Below, piece after piece: positions 58,574 through 64,000 of a stretch of 64,000 bases of DNA (positions are counted from its first letter, which is position 1; each line of letters begins with the position of its first letter). Source of the DNA: Cyanophora paradoxa CCMP329 (Eukaryota > Plantae > Glaucophyta). The stretch covers positions 1 through 64,000 of the forward strand of contig QPMI01000004.1 of NCBI GenBank assembly GCA_004431415.1, given 5' to 3'. Under the pieces are notes generated by a model. It saw only the letters and a list, made by a program, of their open reading frames with translations, was not told where the DNA came from and searched no databases. Position numbers and translations under genes: made by a program.

Positions 58574-58841
58574 TTAGATGCCGAGCTTGGTGCGGCGCCA
58601 GTGCCGCCGCTTCGCGTTGTACCTGCGGCAGCGCGGCGCACTCAGCAAAGAAGTGGATGTTGCCGCATAGAGGATGCGCACCGAATGGTGTTGTCGGTGC
58701 GAAGCCGGATCCATTGCGGGATCGGGCGGTTCTGCTTCGCCTTCTTGGCGAGCTTGCGCTTGATGCGGAAGGTCTTGTGCGACGGCTGGGCAGCGGGGCG
58801 TCAGTGGCAGCGTCCGAGAGGGCGCGGAGCGGTCGCACCAT
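58574..58841 (-). CDS. RPL39: 60S ribosomal protein L39 (eL39)
   Basis: [51 protein letters not shown]; two introns. Confidence 0.98.
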
Positions 58842-58893
58842 TGTCAGTGCCCGATCCCGAGTGCCGGACGGGTACGCAGAATCAGCTTTTCAC

Positions 58894-61800
58894 ATGTACC
58901 GCGTCGGCCCGAGACTCAGGAGGCTAGCAAGAAGGCTAGCAAACCGATATCCTACGGTCCTGGCGGCGCTGTGCATCGCGGGATGCGTGGGGGCGGCGCT
59001 GCTCGGCCTCGTCAGCGTTACCCGAGACGCTGCGACTGCTGAGCGACGCATGCGATCCTCGGGACGCGGCCCTGCGGCGCGCTGCAGCTCGTGCGCGCTG
59101 GGATCCGGCCGACCACTTCGAGGCGGCGGTGCCGTCTTTACGCGCGCTCGTCTTCAAGCCGGCGATGAGCACCGCACGAAGCTTGAACGCTCTATTGCGT
59201 TGACGGTCTCGCACTACCGAGCGCCGTCGCCAGGCTGCGCTGCCGACCCTCAGGACCTCGAGTTCGTGCCACAGCCCAGGATCTTTGGACCATTCCAGCA
59301 CGGCGACAGCTCGGCCCTTCAGGTGTTTTTGTGAATTTCTTTGGATTTTTACGAGACAACATTCGCCGCCAGGATGAACGCGGAATGTACTGGTCTGGAG
59401 TGGATAGGAAGGGTGATCTTTCTCTGCAAGCGTATTTCGTGCATAATATACCAGAGCTTCCACGTATTCGTCTTAAAGGAACGCTTCAGCCTCGGTTATC
59501 GTTCCATGAAGGTCTGCCGTGGCTGATTTTTCATTCTAATTAACTTTGTTTGATTTTTGCTTTCAGGGCAGACTTCACTTGATTCTTTCGTGGCAAACTG
59601 GAAGATTGTGCATTATCCCAATGGTTTAAATCAATCGGGTGAGGTCGTGGACGAAGATGCATTCTCGTTCGATCATCGTGGAGTTCTTGCAGGCCGCAAT
59701 CGCATCAGAAACGGAATACAGCTTTCACTTATGAGCCCCAAGAGTGTTGTTGGAATGCTGCTGCAGCCAAGGCCTCGGAAGAGGCCCATGAGATGGGTGT
59801 CGGAGGATGGACGGGAAAGAGAGACTTCAAAAGCTAATTCTGTCATTCCTGACATCCACTTGGATGATACTATTGAGTACAAGTTCTTCCCTGATTCTGG
59901 TGCATTAGGCATATTATTACGAAAATTTTCCCTCACACATGTTAGGGTCCTCCTTTACCAGAGGAGAGTCAGACGGTCGGTTGTCACCCAAAGCCAGCCC
60001 TACAAGGATGAAGTTCCAGTGGTGCTTCTTGAAGAGTGACCATGGCATGGAGCCTGAACTTCCAGATGGTTTTTTTTCAGGACTGACGATTTGGAACAGC
60101 GATCTTCGTGAGCTGCCTTTGAGATTGGAATCTCGCAGTGCTTTCATGTGAAACTTGCTATTCCGTCTTCAGATGCAGGGCCCATCAAATGTCTGCTGGA
60201 TCAATTTGTGCAGTACGGCATAACAGTCAAAGCCCAAGTGCGATGTGTTCAATGAAACGGCATGAGATTGATTTGTGATTTCTCCAATGCGTCTCTCAGA
60301 TTGATTTCTGGCATTGCGGATTCTTTGGGATGTGCAAGACAGATCTCAAGGTGTTCAGCTTTGATGACTGGCGTGGTTTTGGTCTCGAGCCTTGTCCGTA
60401 CAGCTTAAGAAGGTACACAAAGAAGGTTGAGCCTAGATACATCTAATTGCAATCCTCGTAGGAAATTCTTTGCTGCATACAAGAAAGACGAAGAGTTCGC
60501 CAAAGTTGATGCTTTCATCTGCTCTCACCCGGTTGCGAACTGCGAACTCTTCCTGCCCTTCAACAGGTGTGTAGGTTTCCCTATTTTCCGACGGGGCATC
60601 ACAGTTCGTTTGCTTCAGGACTGTCATCCTCTACTTGACAACTCGATTGGAGTTTGGCAGGCACGACTCTGTCGTTTTTTGGAGGCAGCAGTATGCAGAC
60701 AGCAGAGCTCCTGCAAGGTGGAAAGAATGGATCCACAATCTGCAAGTGGTAACTTACCATCGGACCCCTCTTTTTTTTACCTCCACTCTTTCTGATACAA
60801 AGCAGCTGGCTTCGAAAACAAGAAAGCATATTATCGTTGCAAACAATCCATTTGATGTAGAATATGCCCGATACCATTCTGGGCTCGATGTAGCATTTAT
60901 TCCGTCATTCTGTGGCCATGCTGGAAACGTGCAGTACCTCCCTTCACGCCCAGAGCTTCTCATTGGTCCTTCGAGAGATAATCTGGCAAGTGTTTGGATC
61001 CTTCAACTTCTTTCCTTGCCCATTATCTAATTTCGCAGGCAAGAGGCGACTGGGGGGACAGGAGAAAGCACCCGCTTGTTGCTGAGCTGTTTGAAGCCTC
61101 AAAAATGCGAGCGGAAACAACAGCCTCCACATATCATTTTGCTTTTATGACGGAGGTCTATCCTGCTGGTTACCACTTCCAAGATCTGGTAGGGTGCCCC
61201 TCTCTTGCCTCTTGGTAGGGTTCCTCATATTGGTCGTTCAGGCACGTCACAAGCTCATAGTCTGCATTCCATACCAGACCTCGCTGATGTCGTTTGTGGA
61301 GTTCTACCGCATGAATGTGCCACTGTTTTTCCCATCTTTGGCTCTCCTCATGAAATGGGAACTGACATATGAAATGTGTGCTGTTCACTGAGTGGGTTCA
61401 CTGCCTGCATCCCTTGATCGTGTTTCTTTGCAGGACCTGGGAGCGAGTTTATGGATACCCAGAAGAGCTTGTCCTCCCCCACACACCTTACAGCCCAAAC
61501 TCTCACGAATGTGCTGGTACACATGCAATTTGCAGGAATAATTGTTTTTCTCTCATGAATGCCCGGCGGCCTTCAGATGAAACTGTTTGGCTCTCTCTAG
61601 CTGACTTTTACCAGTGGCCACACGTTCAGTTCTTTAATTCTTGGGAACACCTCCTTGAATTAATCGACAGTGCTGACCTTTCAGGTTTGAAACAGTACCC
61701 GGCCCCCTCAACCATTGGCACCCGGCTGAATCTTTTGTTCTGTTGCTCACAGCAATAAGCTCGTCTATGCGGATGCATAACGCATGTATGGAGAGAACAA

Positions 61801-62024
61801 TCAAGGCGCGCTGGGGTCGAGGTATGGAATCTGTCCTTTTGGTAGCCGTTGCTGATTCTAACACTGCCTTAGCCCTTCAGAAAGTCTTTCCTTCTGGCTT
61901 CGCAGGAAGAGTGCGTCAGACACACACTGACATTGACTCAGCACTCGCCCAAGAAGGCTTCCACGCCTTGGGCACAGACGTCCGCATCGAGTGCCAGGTA
62001 GAGAGTGCAAGTGCTATGCTATAG
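58894..62024 (+). CDS. Type II membrane protein, putative glycosyltransferase-like, multi-exon
   Basis: N-terminal TM segment; DAFICSHP..CELFLPFN, ANNPFDVEY, IPYQTSLMSFVEFYRMNVPLFFPS, WLSLADFYQWPH. Confidence 0.65.
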
Positions 62025-62048
62025 GCGCTCTGTTTTGAACCTGTGTCG

Positions 62049-63103
62049 TCACTTGAAGAAATACCAACTCGGACCAGGAAAACCACATCCCATGCATTGT
62101 ACTGAACGATTGAGCAAAGCAGCAAAAGTGTTCACTGCACTCTGCACTCCAAATACGTTGCCCTGATATTCGCCATCTAGTCCGAATGTGAAATGGAAGT
62201 CGACAGAAAAATAGAAGAGCAGAAGGGCACCCCAGTAATCATGTCCAGAGAACATACCACCCTCGCGAAGTTTTGGCCACCATGCGTGAAGGTCTTCAAG
62301 GACTCCATCGTAATCATGTCGAGCATCTGTTGGCGACAGGTGAATCGACAGACACCTTCCATGGCTAAATGAAATGGATCTTACCAATATAAATCAAGTC
62401 GAAATGCGACGAAGGAAAAAGTTTTGCAGCTTCCTAATTAAACAAATTGGCAAATGAATGGCAAAAAATGGCAGATGTCGACCCGCACCAAGGACCACTG
62501 CACAAGTGGGGTTAAAGACACTGCGACTCAACTATTGGCACAGACTTACTTCTCGCAAAAATTCGACTCTGTGACTGTAGGATTCCAAAAGGCTGATGGC
62601 ATGTCGCATGTTTGCGTCGTGCATCTCTTGAGGTACATTTGCGCCATCCCTGTACAGTATCTTGGCTTGCTCCATCCAAGCATCCACCAGGACAAGTTTT
62701 TGCCCTTGCCATGTCTGCATCAACTCGAAGGCGTGCTGGCCGCGTTGCACACCAATCTGAATTTCAATTGAATCTTGTACAACCGATGCGCGCAGATGCA
62801 GGAGTTATAACCGATGCGCACCTCCACACCGTTACCAGTTAAATTGAGTTTGTTTAACGCGGTTCCCAAAGTTGTTCCTCTATCTGGAAGACCTGCACTA
62901 AAAGTAAAAAAAATGATCATAATAAGCACTCGCTTAAAAACACCTCGCTTAAGCACTCGAATGTGCTCAACAACTCCAGTGCGCGAACGCGAGACCTCCG
63001 CCAACGAATTTGAGTCGATGTCCGCCGTTGCTGCCTGCACCGATGTCGCAAGGACGAGAAATGCCAGTAGAAATCTATGACGGTGTCCATTGAGATATTT
63101 CAT
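62049..63103 (-). CDS. Secretory-pathway class I SAM methyltransferase (Methyltransf_24-like)
   Basis: Signal peptide; GVE/IGVQRG; VDAW; FDLIYI/DARHDY; WWPKLREGGMFSGHDY. Confidence 0.85.
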
Positions 63104-63177
63104 GGGAGCGGCTTTCCCAATTGACGACAGCGAGCTGTATCCTGCGCATTCGCGGCGCGCTCAGCCACCGCGCTCCC

Positions 63178-64000
63178 ATGGCCATGCAGCTTTCTGACGA
63201 GCACTTCGTGTATGTGGCTTTTGACTACGGCAGGCTTGAGCCTGCGCGGCGCGCTCAGCCACCGCGCTCTCACTCACCGTGCATCGCGCGGCCACGAACT
63301 TGTTCTGAAACGACGGTGCCACCTCGTAGGCAGCCTCTTTTAGCTTCGGCTCCAGTCCGCTTGAGCTGGCTCCAGAGAGCTAAGCGCAAGGAGCACTGTG
63401 AATGCCAGCTCGTCACGTTGCAGGCACTCTTGCCGTGCTGTTGGAGTTGTTGTGAGCGCTGACGTTGGTTCTGAGAGGCGTTGGTTTGCCGCGAACACCT
63501 CACTGTTTTTCGTATACTCCAGGCTGGCTTGGGGGGCGGAAATGGGAGAAAAGGGGTGAGGAGCTCCACTGGGAGAGGGGAGAAAGGGCTCGAAGGGGGG
63601 GGAGGGGGTGGAGGGAGTGGGGGGGAGGGGGGGGGAGGGGGGGGGCCAAGGTGCAGCAGAGAGTGTGGCAATCGGAGTGAAGAGGAGCTGTCGGCGGCGC
63701 ATCGGTGCGCAAACGTGCACGCGGGTTTTATGTCGCATTTATCATTTCTAACCCTGAAAAGGCTCGACGCCATGTCGGGCCTTCTCGAGTTCTTCCGCGC
63801 CGACGACACGCCAGACCCCAACATCTTGGAGGACCTCGAGACAATCGACAAGAAGATTCACAAAGTAATCGGCACGCTCCTTATGCACTTTTAGCTCCGC
63901 CGACCTGCTGTGCTCGTCAGATCATCAAGAAGCGAAGCAAGAAGCTCGAGAAGTGGATCAACGCGGAGAATGAGCTTGCTCGCGCTTGGACGGGCCACAC
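63178..64000 (+). CDS. 5' part of an unknown multi-exon gene
   Basis: ATG divergent from the methyltransferase; exon RLDAMSGLLEFF...KKIHK/IIKKRSKKLEKW with GT-AG introns. Confidence 0.45.

Overview
Eukaryotic nuclear DNA from a compact genome with many short GT-AG introns (about 45-80 nt). It is most likely a flagellated primary alga of the glaucophyte (Cyanophora) type. This is inferred from an MAF- transit peptide on HisC, plant-type catalase and TOM5, and CFAP57. Bases 1-20.8 kb are a nested retroelement cluster. It holds one Ty3/gypsy element (LTRs, GCAG TSD, -1 frameshift signal) and several related non-LTR elements with (CT)n or (CTT)n tails and 8-14 bp TSDs. These elements share an unknown protein domain (YHFHxDPxFYFL). 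In one family the domain follows the ORF2 zinc finger; another family carries it as an RT-less element. Bases 20.8-64 kb are gene-dense: HisC, catalase behind a 1.08-kb foldback, an IQ protein, RPS25, HTATSF1, PIG-U, a discoidin-like gene, CFAP57, a triplicated WW/coiled-coil gene alternating with a GT8 gene, a bS18-domain protein, TOM5, RPL39, a GT-like membrane protein and a methyltransferase. Non-coding spacers are built from nested short palindromes. Paralog comparisons show +8-bp inverted-flank insertions beside a hAT MITE, which suggests these spacers are accumulated excision footprints. Many frameshifts at about 6.7-11.3 kb and in the GC-rich repeats look like long-read deletion errors.
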